Assembly (NCBI GenBank): GCA_964626065.1
Contig: CAZVDE010000002.1
Coordinates: 26,032-90,031 of the forward strand
Length of the DNA stretch: 64,000 bases
Source of the DNA: an uncultured Clostridiaceae bacterium
GTDB taxonomy: Bacteria > Bacillota > Limnochordia > Darwinibacteriales > Darwinibacteriaceae
Direction of reading: 5' to 3'
Shown: one piece after another, positions 20,644-30,818 of the stretch
Layout: each line of letters starts with the position of its first letter
How positions within the stretch are numbered: position 1 is the first letter of the stretch
The notes under the pieces: generated by a model
What the model saw: only the letters and a program-made list of their open reading frames with translations
Database searches by the model: none
Told to the model about the DNA's origin: nothing
Position numbers and translations under genes: made by a program

Positions 20644-21723
20644 ATGGATGAGTTAGTCCCCGATGGGCAAGGCATCGCTTTGGCCATGCTTTATGTATTG
20701 GGCAATTCTTTCATCTTTGGTTTGGGCCGTAGGGCCGGGGCAGATTTGTGGCTGGCATTTTTACTGGCCGTTGCTGCGGCGCTGCCGATTTTGCTGCTTA
20801 ATATCCGCCTGCGCAGAATTTTGCCCGGTACCACTCTTTGGGAAGGGCTGGGCAACCTGGTGGGTAAGTGGCCCTCTCGCTTTATCGCCATGTATTACGC
20901 TTTTTATGCCTGGCGCTTATCCTGCCTGGTTACAACCGATATAACCCGATTTATCTCCGCTGTTTCGCTGGAGAATACCCCTTCCCTGATTTTGGCCTTG
21001 ATGCTGGTACTGCTTGCTTTATGGGCGGTAAAAGCGGGGATAGAGGTCTTGGCCCGCTGGAGCGCGGTTGCTTTAAAATTTATGCTGCCGCTGATCTTTA
21101 TCACTAATCTTCTGGTATTAACCGAGGTTGATTTAGGGACGTTTTTGCCCTTCCTCTACCACGGCTTCGAGCCGGTGGCTATGGGCGCCTTGGAGTTGTT
21201 AGATTTCCCCCTTTTAAGCCTGGTCCTCGTGTTTTGGGCCTTCGATTCATTCAAAAACGAGGATTCGGTGACGAAAATATTTGTGCCCGGGCTGTTAATA
21301 GGTGGCTTCATTCTGATGTCAATTTTTTGTTCCGCTTTGGCAGTAGTGGGTGTTGATAAATACATGGGTTCCTATTTTCCCGCTTATATAGCTGTTTCGC
21401 GCATCAACATTGCTCGTTTTCTTTCGCGCCTGGAAGCGAGCGTTGGTATTCCTTTTTTGGTTGGCAGTTTCTTGAAACTCAGTGTCTGTCTGCTGGTTGC
21501 CTGTAAAGGCTTGGCCTGGTCCTTAGGTTTTACGGATTATCGGTTTTTAGTCACGCCGTTGGCATTGGGTATCATTGCGGGGTCTCAATGGTTTACTAAG
21601 GACTTAATGGAATTGTATGTTTCCGCCACGAAAATGCTCCATCCCTTAGACGTATCAGCCCAGGTTATCATTCCGGTTGTTTTATGGATAATTGCCGAAA
21701 TCAAAAAACCGGCTCGTGAATAA
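20644..21723 (+). CDS. Spore germination protein, GerAB family (APC-type permease)
   Basis: 10-TM permease profile with a GerAB-like N-terminus. 359 aa. Confidence 0.85.
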   Translation: MDELVPDGQGIALAMLYVLGNSFIFGLGRRAGADLWLAFLLAVAAALPILLLNIRLRRILPGTTLWEGLGNLVGKWPSRFIAMYYAFYAWRLSCLVTTDITRFISAVSLENTPSLILALMLVLLALWAVKAGIEVLARWSAVALKFMLPLIFITNLLVLTEVDLGTFLPFLYHGFEPVAMGALELLDFPLLSLVLVFWAFDSFKNEDSVTKIFVPGLLIGGFILMSIFCSALAVVGVDKYMGSYFPAYIAVSRINIARFLSRLEASVGIPFLVGSFLKLSVCLLVACKGLAWSLGFTDYRFLVTPLALGIIAGSQWFTKDLMELYVSATKMLHPLDVSAQVIIPVVLWIIAEIKKPARE

Positions 21724-22020
21724 TGCTATAAAGTATCGATGGCCCGGCAGATAGATTGATAAAAGCGGGGCCGCAGAGAGAAAATGGCGGGCGGTGAGGC
21801 TGAGGCAAAACTGAAGCACCCGTAGGCCTCCAATGCCGCTGTGCGGTTTTCATGGCCAATTAAGGCCACAGCCGCCGAAGCGTGTTTGTTGTTGATGAAA
21901 TCTTCCACATGTTTTAAGGCCGGGCTGAACATTAGAGGATCATTCCTTTCAGATGTTCTGCTTGCGGGGAGGGGAAGGCCCCCATTTCCCGAATTAGGTG
22001 TTGGAAGGAAAGGAGATTGT

Positions 22021-23725
22021 TATGGAAGCAAAACAGCGCTATCAAGCCTGGCTGGATGATCCGTTAATAGATCCCCAAACGCGGCAGGAACTGGAGGGCC
22101 TGGCGGAAAATGACGAAGAGATTGAGGACCGCTTTTTTCGTTGGGTAGAATTTGGCACAGGAGGTATTCGCGCCAAATTGGGCGCCGGTTCCAACCGCCT
22201 TAATATTTATACGGTGCGCCTGGTCAGCCAAGCGTTGGCTAACAATCTAAAGGACAGAAAGCAAACGTCCGGCGGGGTGGTAATAGCCTATGATTCGCGC
22301 CGCATGTCCCGGGAATTTACGCAGGCGGCCTCAGCTGTTTTGGTCGGCAACGGAATCCCCGTTTATGTTTTTCCCGATTTGGCGCCGACGCCTCTTTTAT
22401 CCTATGCGGTGCGGCACTGCCGGGCCGCCGCGGGAATTATGATCACCGCCAGCCATAATCCGCCCGAGTACAATGGGGTGAAAGTATATAACTACCGGGG
22501 CAATCAGCTTCTGGAAAAGGAAGCCGGTGCGATCAGTTCCCGGATGGCAGCGTTAAGCCCGGAAGATGTCACTGTTCATCCCAAACCCGAAGCGAGTGGG
22601 TTGTTCCGGCACGTAGAGGAGAGTGTTGTCCAATCTTATTACCGGCGTGCGTTGGCTGCGGCCCCCGGCGTTCGGGACAGTCGCGATTTAAAGATTTTGT
22701 ACACGCCGCTTCACGGTACCGGGGCGCGGTTTATACCGGAAATTTTGCGCATGGCGGGGTTCACCGCTGTTTCAACGGTGGCGGAGCAGATGAAACCAGA
22801 CGGTGAGTTTCCCACGGTCAGTTATCCCAATCCGGAAGATGAAGAGGCCTATGCCTGCGCCTTTCGCTGTGCAGAAAAGGAAGACTATGATTTGATCATT
22901 GCCACCGATCCCGATGCGGATCGCATGGGGGTGGCTGTGCCGCAGGGCGCCGGGTGGGTACTGCTGAACGGGAATCAAATCGGTGTGCTGCTGCAGGATT
23001 TTATTTTGGCCGCTTCGCCTGCGCGGAAAGCCCGCGGTGCGGTTGTAATCAAGACGATCGTCACAACCGACATGGTGCATGCCATCGCGGAAAAATACGG
23101 TGCGGAGGTGGAAACTACCCTCACGGGGTTTAAGTATATCGGCGAATTGATTGATCGGCTCGGCGAACAAGGCCGGCGGTTCATGTTTGCCTTCGAAGAA
23201 TCTTACGGCTATCTGGCCGGCACTGCCATTAGGGATAAGGATGCCGTCTTGGCCAGTCTGCTAATTGCCGAAGCCGCCGCTTATTACAAACAGCGTGGGT
23301 TGACACTTTTGGATCGCTTGAAGCAGTTGTTCCAGGAGCACGGTTTTTATCTCCAGGGGGGCTGTTCGTATGGGTTTGCCACCAGTTTGGAAGCGGAACG
23401 CGCCGCAGAATTAATTTCCCGCCTGCAGGGCGCGCCAATTAATGCTATCGGCGGCGAACAGGTGGTTGAAGTTTTGGATTACGCCCACAGCCGCCGCGTT
23501 GACCTGCGTACGAACCGGGCGCTGCCCATTGATCTGCCGCCAGAACGGGTGCTGCAGTGGATTACCCGAGAAGGCAGTAAAGTGACACTGCGCCCCTCGG
23601 GCACCGAGCCGAAAATGAAATTATATTTAGAGGTGCGGGCCGCAAGTGAGCGGGAAGGAAAGCAGAGATTGGCGGCCCTGCAAAAAGCGTTCGACGAAAT
23701 CGTTAGGGGCGCGTTAGGGGCTTGA
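22021..23725 (+). CDS. pgcA: Alpha-phosphoglucomutase
   Basis: N-terminus parallels Bacillus PgcA (…FGTGGIRAKLGAGSNRLNIYTV…). Active-site ITASHNPPEYNGVKV. Start at ATG 22021 after AAAGGAGA. Confidence 0.85.
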
Positions 23726-24902
23726 TCTCGGCCAAATGCTCAATGGCTAACCGGGTCAGGTCGCCATCGAGATGGCCCGCTTCAGCTTCTTTGGCTAGGA
23801 TGCGGGCCGTTTTGCTGAGACTCAAGGCCGAGCGGTAGGGGCGTTCCTCCAACAGCGATTGGGTTATATCAGCCACCGCCACCAACCTCGAACCCGTATC
23901 TAATTCAGCATCGGCAAGGCCAAAGGGGTAGCCGGTGCCGTCGAGGCGTTCGTGGTGGTAGCCGGCCCATTGCTGCAGCTTTTTACATTCCGGGCCTAGA
24001 TCGCCCAGCAAATAATAAGTATGGTACACATGCTGCTGCATGATTGCGGACTGCCGCTTATCTAAAGCCCCCGGGTACAGCAGGATTTCGTCGGGAATGG
24101 CCATCTTGCCCACATCGTGCAGTAGGCCCGTGATTTCCAAAAGTTTGATTTCCCGCTCAGAAAGGCCTATTTTTTCGCCCAAAAAAGCGGCGATGCGGCT
24201 CACGCCCCAGGAATGACCGCCCGTGTAAGGCGAGATGCTGTCCACCAAGGTGGCCATCATCTCGGCCAGTTCTTGCAGTTCCTGCAAAGTGAGAATCCGC
24301 TTAACCGTGATTCTGTCTTGCAGCCAAGAATTGTGGTTGCCGTGCTGTAGGTCAAGCCAAAAACCGGAAATCGGAGCCAGTTCGGCCAAGGCCTCCACCA
24401 CCTCGGGGTGGAATATTTTACCTTTTTGTGCATTGAAATAAGCTAAAATGTCCGGGACCTGCCACAGGTAATAGCGGTCTTTTTTCAGGATTAGATCAAT
24501 GCGATCCGCCATATGGATGATGGCGGGGATAATATTCATGCCCGGGCTGTAGTAGTCATGGTGTTCTAGGATATGGTCAGCCGAAAATGCCAAGAGCCCG
24601 GTCGTCCGGACAAGTTCACTGCCCCTTTGGCAGTGCAGTGCGGTTATGCCCCGCTGCGGCTCCAAATCGGCCAGGCGCAGTTTTTCCTCGGTCGTAATAA
24701 CCCCAATATCGTGCAGCAGCGAGCTGAGCAGCAGCTCTTCCAGATCATGTTCGGACAAGCCTAGTGTTTTTCCGAGGCGAAAGGCGGTGTAAGCCACTCT
24801 CTCCGCGTGGGCCAGGAAAGTAAGATCGTTGAGATCGCCCGCTCGGGAAAAACTGGCGAGTGCTGTGACTAAATTGACTTGAATGTTTAACATAAGATTC
24901 AC
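23703..24902 (-). CDS. HD-GYP domain protein with an additional N-terminal HD-like domain
   Basis: The C-terminal half carries HDVGKMAIPDEIL...HHERLDGTGYP. The N-terminal half carries LLHDIGVI but no GYP. 399 aa. Confidence 0.75.
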   Translation of the reverse strand: MNLMLNIQVNLVTALASFSRAGDLNDLTFLAHAERVAYTAFRLGKTLGLSEHDLEELLLSSLLHDIGVITTEEKLRLADLEPQRGITALHCQRGSELVRTTGLLAFSADHILEHHDYYSPGMNIIPAIIHMADRIDLILKKDRYYLWQVPDILAYFNAQKGKIFHPEVVEALAELAPISGFWLDLQHGNHNSWLQDRITVKRILTLQELQELAEMMATLVDSISPYTGGHSWGVSRIAAFLGEKIGLSEREIKLLEITGLLHDVGKMAIPDEILLYPGALDKRQSAIMQQHVYHTYYLLGDLGPECKKLQQWAGYHHERLDGTGYPFGLADAELDTGSRLVAVADITQSLLEERPYRSALSLSKTARILAKEAEAGHLDGDLTRLAIEHLAEIKPLTRP

Positions 24903-24984
24903 CTCTCACATAAAATCAACATTAGGCAGACAGGAATTCCGGCCCCTGCCCAGAATGGGCATGGGTAGATGGGGGTGGGTGGGA

Positions 24985-25545
24985 ATGAGTACAAAGGCCC
25001 GGGACTACCGGCGACTTTTCATCGCCTTTTTCCGCATTGGCTTATTTGCGTTCGGCGGGGGGTTCGCCATGCTGCCTTTGATCGAAAAAGAAGTGGTGGA
25101 TCGCCACCGATGGGCCGAGAAGGAAGAGATTCTGGATATTTTCGCTTTGACCCAATCGGTGCCCGGCTCGGTTGGGGTGAATACCGCTGTCTTTATCGGG
25201 GGCAGGCTTCACGGCATACCCGGTGCCATTGCCGCTCTTTTGGGCGTTGTGACACCCTCCGTTTTAATTATTCTCATCATAGCACACTTTTTTTCCCAGT
25301 TCCAATCAAACCCTTATGTCTCCAAAGCTTTTGCCGGAATCAGGGGGGCCATTATCGGCCTGATTGCCGCGGCCGGGCTGCGGATTGCTCGCAGTTCGAT
25401 CTTTGATCGCTTCGGCCTGATGGTGGCCGTCATTACCTTCGTTCTCAGTGTTTTTGGCGTTCTTCCGGTTGTTTGGCTCATGATTTCGGGGGGCGCGGCA
25501 GGTTATCTCTATTACACGCGGAGCAAAAAGGGGGGCAAATCGTGA
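24985..25545 (+). CDS. chrA: Chromate-ion transporter (CHR) family, short-chain half protein, pair 2 first gene
   Basis: FGGGFAMLPLIEKEV...QSVPGSVGVNTAVFIGG. Confidence 0.75.
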   Translation: MSTKARDYRRLFIAFFRIGLFAFGGGFAMLPLIEKEVVDRHRWAEKEEILDIFALTQSVPGSVGVNTAVFIGGRLHGIPGAIAALLGVVTPSVLIILIIAHFFSQFQSNPYVSKAFAGIRGAIIGLIAAAGLRIARSSIFDRFGLMVAVITFVLSVFGVLPVVWLMISGGAAGYLYYTRSKKGGKS

Positions 25546-26078
25546 TTTTTCTGCAGTTGTTTTTTGCCTTTTTTAAAATCGGTTTATTCACGATTGGCGG
25601 CGGGTACGCCATGCTGGCCATTATTCAGGAGGAGATCATTCGCCACGGCTGGATGACCTCGGCGGAGTTCGTCGATATTGTGGGAGTGGCCGAAATGACG
25701 CCCGGGCCCATCGCGGTAAATGCAGCGACTTTCGTGGGTTATCGCAGTGCAGGCGTTGCGGGGGCCTTAATTGCCACCGCCGCGGTTGTTTTGCCGTCGC
25801 TGATCAGCGTTTTGATAGTGGCAAAGGTGTGGGAGAAATATAAATCATCCCGCGGTGTGCAGGGCATGTTCGCCGGCATCCGTCCCGTCGTGGCCGGCTT
25901 GGTGATCGGGGCGGCGGTAATGGTTGCTCGGGCCAGCTTACAGGCCTTGGAGGGGGCCGATGCCGGTGTGGGCACTGTCTTGCTGGCTGCGGCCGCCTTT
26001 TTGGGCATCTACTTTAAAAAATGGGATCCCATTAAAATTTTACTCGCGGCCGGGCTTCTGGGCCTAATCATTTTTTGA
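25542..26078 (+). CDS. chrA: Chromate-ion transporter (CHR) family, short-chain half protein, pair 2 second gene
   Basis: IGGGYAMLAIIQEE...EMTPGPIAVNAATFVGY. GTG start overlaps the upstream stop. Confidence 0.75.
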   Translation: MIFLQLFFAFFKIGLFTIGGGYAMLAIIQEEIIRHGWMTSAEFVDIVGVAEMTPGPIAVNAATFVGYRSAGVAGALIATAAVVLPSLISVLIVAKVWEKYKSSRGVQGMFAGIRPVVAGLVIGAAVMVARASLQALEGADAGVGTVLLAAAAFLGIYFKKWDPIKILLAAGLLGLIIF

Positions 26079-26185
26079 CCGCCTTTGGAAAATACCATAT
26101 TTGCCCTAGTCAGCACGGTGCAGGTATGGTATACTATTTTTGCGCGATATGACTGGGCGGTCACATCAAATTGGGGGTGCAGGCA

Positions 26186-26800
26186 GTGCCTAAACAGACC
26201 TTCTTTAATCTGGAACCTGAGCGGCGCGAGGGGGTAATCGCGGCTGCTGTGGAAGAATTTGCCCGGCACCCCTATGAACAGGCTTCGCTGAGCCGCATTG
26301 TGGAAAACTGCGGCATTGCCAAGGGCAGCATGTACCAATACTTTGAAGATAAGCTTGATTTGTACTTATACATAGTCGAGTTGGCATATGAACGCAAACA
26401 GGACTATGTGGGGCGGGCCTTTTCTCTTGGCGGGGGCATTTTTGCCGTTTTAGAGGAATATTATCGCCAATCGTTTTTGTTTTCGCAGGATTTTCCCCTG
26501 CTGCATCAGGTGGCCAACAATTTTTGGAGCAGTAGGGCTTTGGTTTTGCGCGGGGAGTTGGAAGAAGGGCGCCTCAGCCGGGCGGAGGAGTTTAGTGAAT
26601 TTCTTGCCCGGGCGCTAAAATCGGGCCGGGCAAATGCCGGCCTGGATGCGCAGGCGGTTTTTTTCGTTTATCATGCGGTGGGTAAAGCGCTCATTGACTA
26701 TTTTGATCAGGACATGGATGATGGTTTTGTCAAAGAAGTATTAGATGTACTGCGTTACGGCTTGCAGAAGAGAGGGGAAGAAGAATGTTCAAAAAAATAA
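26186..26800 (+). CDS. TetR/AcrR family transcriptional regulator
   Basis: N-terminal HTH (ASLSRIVENCGIAKGSMYQYFEDKLDLY). About 200 aa. Alternative TTG/GTG starts lie at 26171 and 26177. Confidence 0.8.
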   Translation: MPKQTFFNLEPERREGVIAAAVEEFARHPYEQASLSRIVENCGIAKGSMYQYFEDKLDLYLYIVELAYERKQDYVGRAFSLGGGIFAVLEEYYRQSFLFSQDFPLLHQVANNFWSSRALVLRGELEEGRLSRAEEFSEFLARALKSGRANAGLDAQAVFFVYHAVGKALIDYFDQDMDDGFVKEVLDVLRYGLQKRGEEECSKK

Positions 26801-28278
26801 TAGGCCAAGCCTGTGCCGCCGGCTGGGCCGCCTCCTTAGTACTTATCTTACTTTCCGGCGCTGTTTTTGCTGCTCCTATCTTGAATGTGGCAGTGCCTGC
26901 CGATCCGGATAGTTTCGATCCCACCCAAACGGTGGCGGCGGCCACGGGTGAAATCGCTTTCAATATCTACGAGGGCCTTGTGAAGGCCAGCCCTTCGGGG
27001 GGGATCACGGGCGCTTTGGCCGAGAAATGGACGGTGGATGCGGGCAATACTGTTTATACGTTCTTTTTACGGGATGCCCTCTTCCATGACGGTACGCCCG
27101 TTACCGCTGCTGATGTGGTTAATGCGCTAGACAGGGCCCGAGATCCCAAAATCGCGGTACGCGCCGGCGAATTGGCAGTAATTAAGGAGATACGGGAACA
27201 AAACGGCGCCATCCGCATCGAACTGCATGAGCCGCACGGGGCCTTTTTGTATACGTTGGCTGAAGTTTTTGCAGCAGTATACCCCGCCGGTGCCGCTAAC
27301 TTGGCCCGGAGGCCCATCGGGACCGGGCCCTATTACCTAGCCGATTGGAAGCCCAACCAAGAATTGACGCTGCGCCGCTTTGAGCAGCACTGGTCCGGCG
27401 AGCTGCCTTACTACGCCACAGCGAAGTTCTTGATCATCCCGGACGAAAACAGTGCGGTGCTGAACTTAAAAGCGGGCCGTGTGGACCTGATTCCGCGCCT
27501 AGAAGCCTCTTTACTGCACCAAATTGAAAATGCGGGCCAATTGAAGGTATTCTCGTCGCCCATGAATGTGGTGCAGGTCTTAGCGATCAATAACGGGCGG
27601 GAGCCTTTTACCGATTGGCGCGTGCGCCGAGCGCTGGCTCTGGCTGTCAACCGTGGCGAAGTGATTGCAGGCGCTGCCTGGGGCCACGGCATTCCCCTTT
27701 ACAGCGGGATCAGCCCGGCCATGGATAACTTTTTTAATGCCGATCTGGCCCAGATTAATCCCTATGATCCGGATTTGGCGCGCCGGCTGCTGAAGGAGGC
27801 CGGCCATGAAAACTTGCGTTTTTCTCTGGTTTTGCCCGCCAATTATGCAATTCATGTCCAGACGGGCGAATTAGTTGCGGAGCAGTGGCGGGCTATCGGG
27901 GTGCAGGTCGATCTGCAAATTGTGGAGTGGGGTACCTGGTTGGAGCGCGTTTACACCCAGCGCGATTACGATGTATCCATTATCGGTTTAGCAGGCAGGC
28001 TTGATCCCCACGCCATTTTGGTGCGCTATACAACGGGCAACAGCCGCAATTTTTTCAACTTCTCAGACACTCGCTATGATGAGTTGATTGCGGAAGGCCT
28101 AAGGGCCGCGGGGGAAAAAAGGCGTGACATTTACTTGGCCGCCCAAGAGATTCTTGCCCAGCGGCTGCCGGGCATTTTTATCATGGATCCGCCCCTATTG
28201 GCGGCTATGGCCGAGGAAATAAAAGGCTGGCAGTATTACCCCACCTATGTTGTGGATCTGGCCCGTTTATATCAATAG
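26785..28278 (+). CDS. ABC transporter substrate-binding protein, family 5 (peptide/nickel type)
   Basis: Signal peptide followed by a DppA/NikA-like fold. 497 aa. Overlaps the TetR stop by 16 nt. Confidence 0.85.
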   Translation: MFKKIIGQACAAGWAASLVLILLSGAVFAAPILNVAVPADPDSFDPTQTVAAATGEIAFNIYEGLVKASPSGGITGALAEKWTVDAGNTVYTFFLRDALFHDGTPVTAADVVNALDRARDPKIAVRAGELAVIKEIREQNGAIRIELHEPHGAFLYTLAEVFAAVYPAGAANLARRPIGTGPYYLADWKPNQELTLRRFEQHWSGELPYYATAKFLIIPDENSAVLNLKAGRVDLIPRLEASLLHQIENAGQLKVFSSPMNVVQVLAINNGREPFTDWRVRRALALAVNRGEVIAGAAWGHGIPLYSGISPAMDNFFNADLAQINPYDPDLARRLLKEAGHENLRFSLVLPANYAIHVQTGELVAEQWRAIGVQVDLQIVEWGTWLERVYTQRDYDVSIIGLAGRLDPHAILVRYTTGNSRNFFNFSDTRYDELIAEGLRAAGEKRRDIYLAAQEILAQRLPGIFIMDPPLLAAMAEEIKGWQYYPTYVVDLARLYQ

Positions 28279-28295
28279 GGAGTTTGGTGCACTAG

Positions 28296-29216
28296 ATGAG
28301 CAGGTATTTCGGCCGCAAACTGGCCATCTTTTTTCTGACAATCCTAATCGCTAATTTGCTTACTTTTGTCATTCTCAACGTTTTACCGGGCGATCCCGCC
28401 CTTTTGATGCTGGGCACCGAAGGAAGCCCGGAGGCTTATGCCAGGCTGCGCCGTGAGTTGAAACTAGATCGGCCCGTTCTAGTGCGTTACTGTATCTGGT
28501 TGGCCGATTTCGTCCGAGGTGAATGGGGCATATCGGCCCGCTATTCTCTGCCCGTGAAAGAATTGGTAGGCACTGCGTTACCTTTTTCTCTGCTGTTAGC
28601 CGTATTGGCAGTGGGCCTGTCCGTTGTAGTTGCCGTTCCCGCGGGAATGGCTATGGTGATTTGGCCGTCCTCTGCCGCGGGGCGAATGCTCTCCTTGGCC
28701 AGCCAGGTGGGCATGGGCCTGCCTCAGTTTTGGGTTGGTTTGCTGCTGATTGAAATATTTGCGGTGCGCTGGCACATTCTGCCCGCCGGGGGCAATTCGG
28801 GCTGGGCAAGCTTTGTGCTGCCCGTTTTTACCTTGGCTCTGCCCAGGGCCGCTATTTTAAGCCGTATGGTCAGAACAGGCTTAAACCAGGCCCTACAGCA
28901 GGACTATATCCGCACCGCTCGGGCCAAGGGACTTTCCGCCCGAGCGGTATATTTTAAACACGGCTTGCGCAACGGTTCCTTAGCCGTCTCCACAATTGCC
29001 GGGTTGCAGTTTTCCCAATTATTTGCGGGCACAATCGTTGTGGAACAAATTTTTGGCCTGCCCGGCATGGGCCGGCTTTTGCTGGCGGGGGTGCTGCAGA
29101 GGGATGTACCCCTTGTACAGGCTTTGGTACTGTTAGTTGTACTTATGGTTTTAGTTTTTAACCTGTTTTTTGATCTTTGGCTGGGTTTCTTGGATCCAAG
29201 GCTGAGGTATGAATGA
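28296..29216 (+). CDS. ABC transporter permease (DppB/OppB-like)
   Basis: 6-TM BPD_transp_1 permease with an N-terminal anchor. Confidence 0.85.
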   Translation: MSRYFGRKLAIFFLTILIANLLTFVILNVLPGDPALLMLGTEGSPEAYARLRRELKLDRPVLVRYCIWLADFVRGEWGISARYSLPVKELVGTALPFSLLLAVLAVGLSVVVAVPAGMAMVIWPSSAAGRMLSLASQVGMGLPQFWVGLLLIEIFAVRWHILPAGGNSGWASFVLPVFTLALPRAAILSRMVRTGLNQALQQDYIRTARAKGLSARAVYFKHGLRNGSLAVSTIAGLQFSQLFAGTIVVEQIFGLPGMGRLLLAGVLQRDVPLVQALVLLVVLMVLVFNLFFDLWLGFLDPRLRYE

Positions 29217-30013
29217 AAGGGGCGGGGCGTATGTCTAAAAGGCGGTGGGGGACGTTGATCCTCGGTATAATTTTCTTCTTAACCGCGGCCAGTTTTTTTT
29301 ATACCCCCTTTAGGCCGGAGCAGATTGAACTGGCAGAGCGCCTGCAGCCGCCCTCCGGCAGGCATTTGTTTGGCACCGACCACTTGGGCCGGGATATTTT
29401 CAGCCGGGTGCTGGTGGGCGGCCGGGCTTCGCTGCTGATTGGAGTTGGTGCCGTCTGCCTCGGGGCCGCCGCAGGCATAGTTTTGGGCCTCGCCGCCGGC
29501 TATGGCGGCGGCCTTGCGGATGAATTGGCCATGCGGGGCAGTGATGGCCTGCAGAGCCTGCCTTCACTTTTGTTGGCGCTGCTTTTAGCAACAATTTGGC
29601 GGCCCGGTTCCGCCGTGATCTTGTGGGCGGTGGCGGTAGGCAATATACCCATTTTTCTGCGTTTGACGCGCAACCAGGTGCTCAGCATCAAAGCCAGGCC
29701 ATATATAGAAGCGGCGCGTTCGGTGGGGGCGGGCGATGGGCAGATTCTGCGGCGGCATATTCTGCCTAATATTGGCGATGCCTTAGTAGTCCAGTTCTCA
29801 GTGAGCTTGGCCGGGGCAATTCTGGTGGAGGCGTCCCTCAGCTATCTGGGGGTGGGTATCCAGCCTCCCCGGCCCAGTTGGGGCAGGATGCTCAGGGAAG
29901 CGCAAGCATATGCCGCACCGGCTCCGTGGCTTGTTATCGTGCCGGGCCTGGCCATCGCTTTGACTGTGATTGGTTTTAATCTTTTAGGCGATGGATGGAT
30001 CGGGGGCAGGTAA
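29213..30013 (+). CDS. ABC transporter permease (DppC/OppC-like)
   Basis: EAA loop EAARSVGAGDGQILRRHILPN. ATGA overlap with the upstream permease. Confidence 0.85.
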   Translation: MKGAGRMSKRRWGTLILGIIFFLTAASFFYTPFRPEQIELAERLQPPSGRHLFGTDHLGRDIFSRVLVGGRASLLIGVGAVCLGAAAGIVLGLAAGYGGGLADELAMRGSDGLQSLPSLLLALLLATIWRPGSAVILWAVAVGNIPIFLRLTRNQVLSIKARPYIEAARSVGAGDGQILRRHILPNIGDALVVQFSVSLAGAILVEASLSYLGVGIQPPRPSWGRMLREAQAYAAPAPWLVIVPGLAIALTVIGFNLLGDGWIGGR

Positions 30014-30070
30014 CACCCTATTCAGGCTAGAATTAAGCTTAGAAAGGATTTTCAAAAAGAGGGGGAGCGC

Positions 30071-30818
30071 AGTGCTGAAATTGGAGAGGGTTGCTAAAAA
30101 GTATCGAGGCGCCGGAAATTTTGCCGTCCGTTACTTAGATTTGGACATACCGCGGGGCGAAATCTTTGGCTTTTTGGGTCCCAACGGTGCAGGTAAAACA
30201 ACCACCATTAAAATGATTGTGGGCCTTTTGGAACCGGATCAAGGAAAAATACGGGTTAACGGTTTTGATCTGGAACAAGACCCGGTCGCGGTCAAGCGAT
30301 CCTGCGGTTTTGTGCCCGATAACCCGAATTTATACCCTCGGTTGACCGGCTTGGAATACCTGAACTTAATCGGAGATGTTTTTCGCGTACCTACCGCACT
30401 GCGCCAAGAGCGTATAGACTACTATCTAAGTATGTTTGAGCTGACCGGGGCGGTGGGGGATCTTATCCAAAGCTACTCCAGGGGAATGCGGCAGAAGCTC
30501 GCCCTAACGGGCGCTCTACTGCACAACCCACCCCTGTTTATTTTAGATGAACCGATGGTGGGGTTAGATCCTAAATCATCCCATCTGTTTAAAGAGGTGA
30601 TGCGCGAACATGTTCAAGCGGGCAATACCGTCTTCTTTTCCACCCACGTTTTGGAAGTGGCCGAAACATTTTGTGATCGGGTGGGCATTATCAGCCACGG
30701 TAAACTGATTGCCTGCGGCACTTTGGCTGAACTGCGCCACATCTCGCGGCAGGAGGATTCGAGCCTGGAGCGTATCTTTTTGCAGCTCACCGAAGAGGGT
30801 GGCCCGTATGAAGAATAA
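30071..30818 (+). CDS. ABC-2 type ATP-binding protein
   Basis: Walker A GPNGAGKTT, signature YSRGMRQKLAL, Walker B LFILDEP. GTG start after GAGGGGGAG. There is no OppD/F-type C-terminal extension. Confidence 0.85.

Noticed and set aside
23703-23725. Treating the 23-nt convergent overlap between pgcA and the HD-GYP gene as a frameshift or pseudogene signal
   Set aside because: Both proteins are full length with intact C-termini. Short tail-to-tail overlaps are common in compact genomes.
30709-30804. Longer N-terminus of the big ABC permease, as in the ORF track
   Set aside because: The extension overlaps the ATPase gene in another frame. ATG 30805 gives an ATGAAGAATAA stop/start overlap and a hydrophilic N-terminus before TM1.
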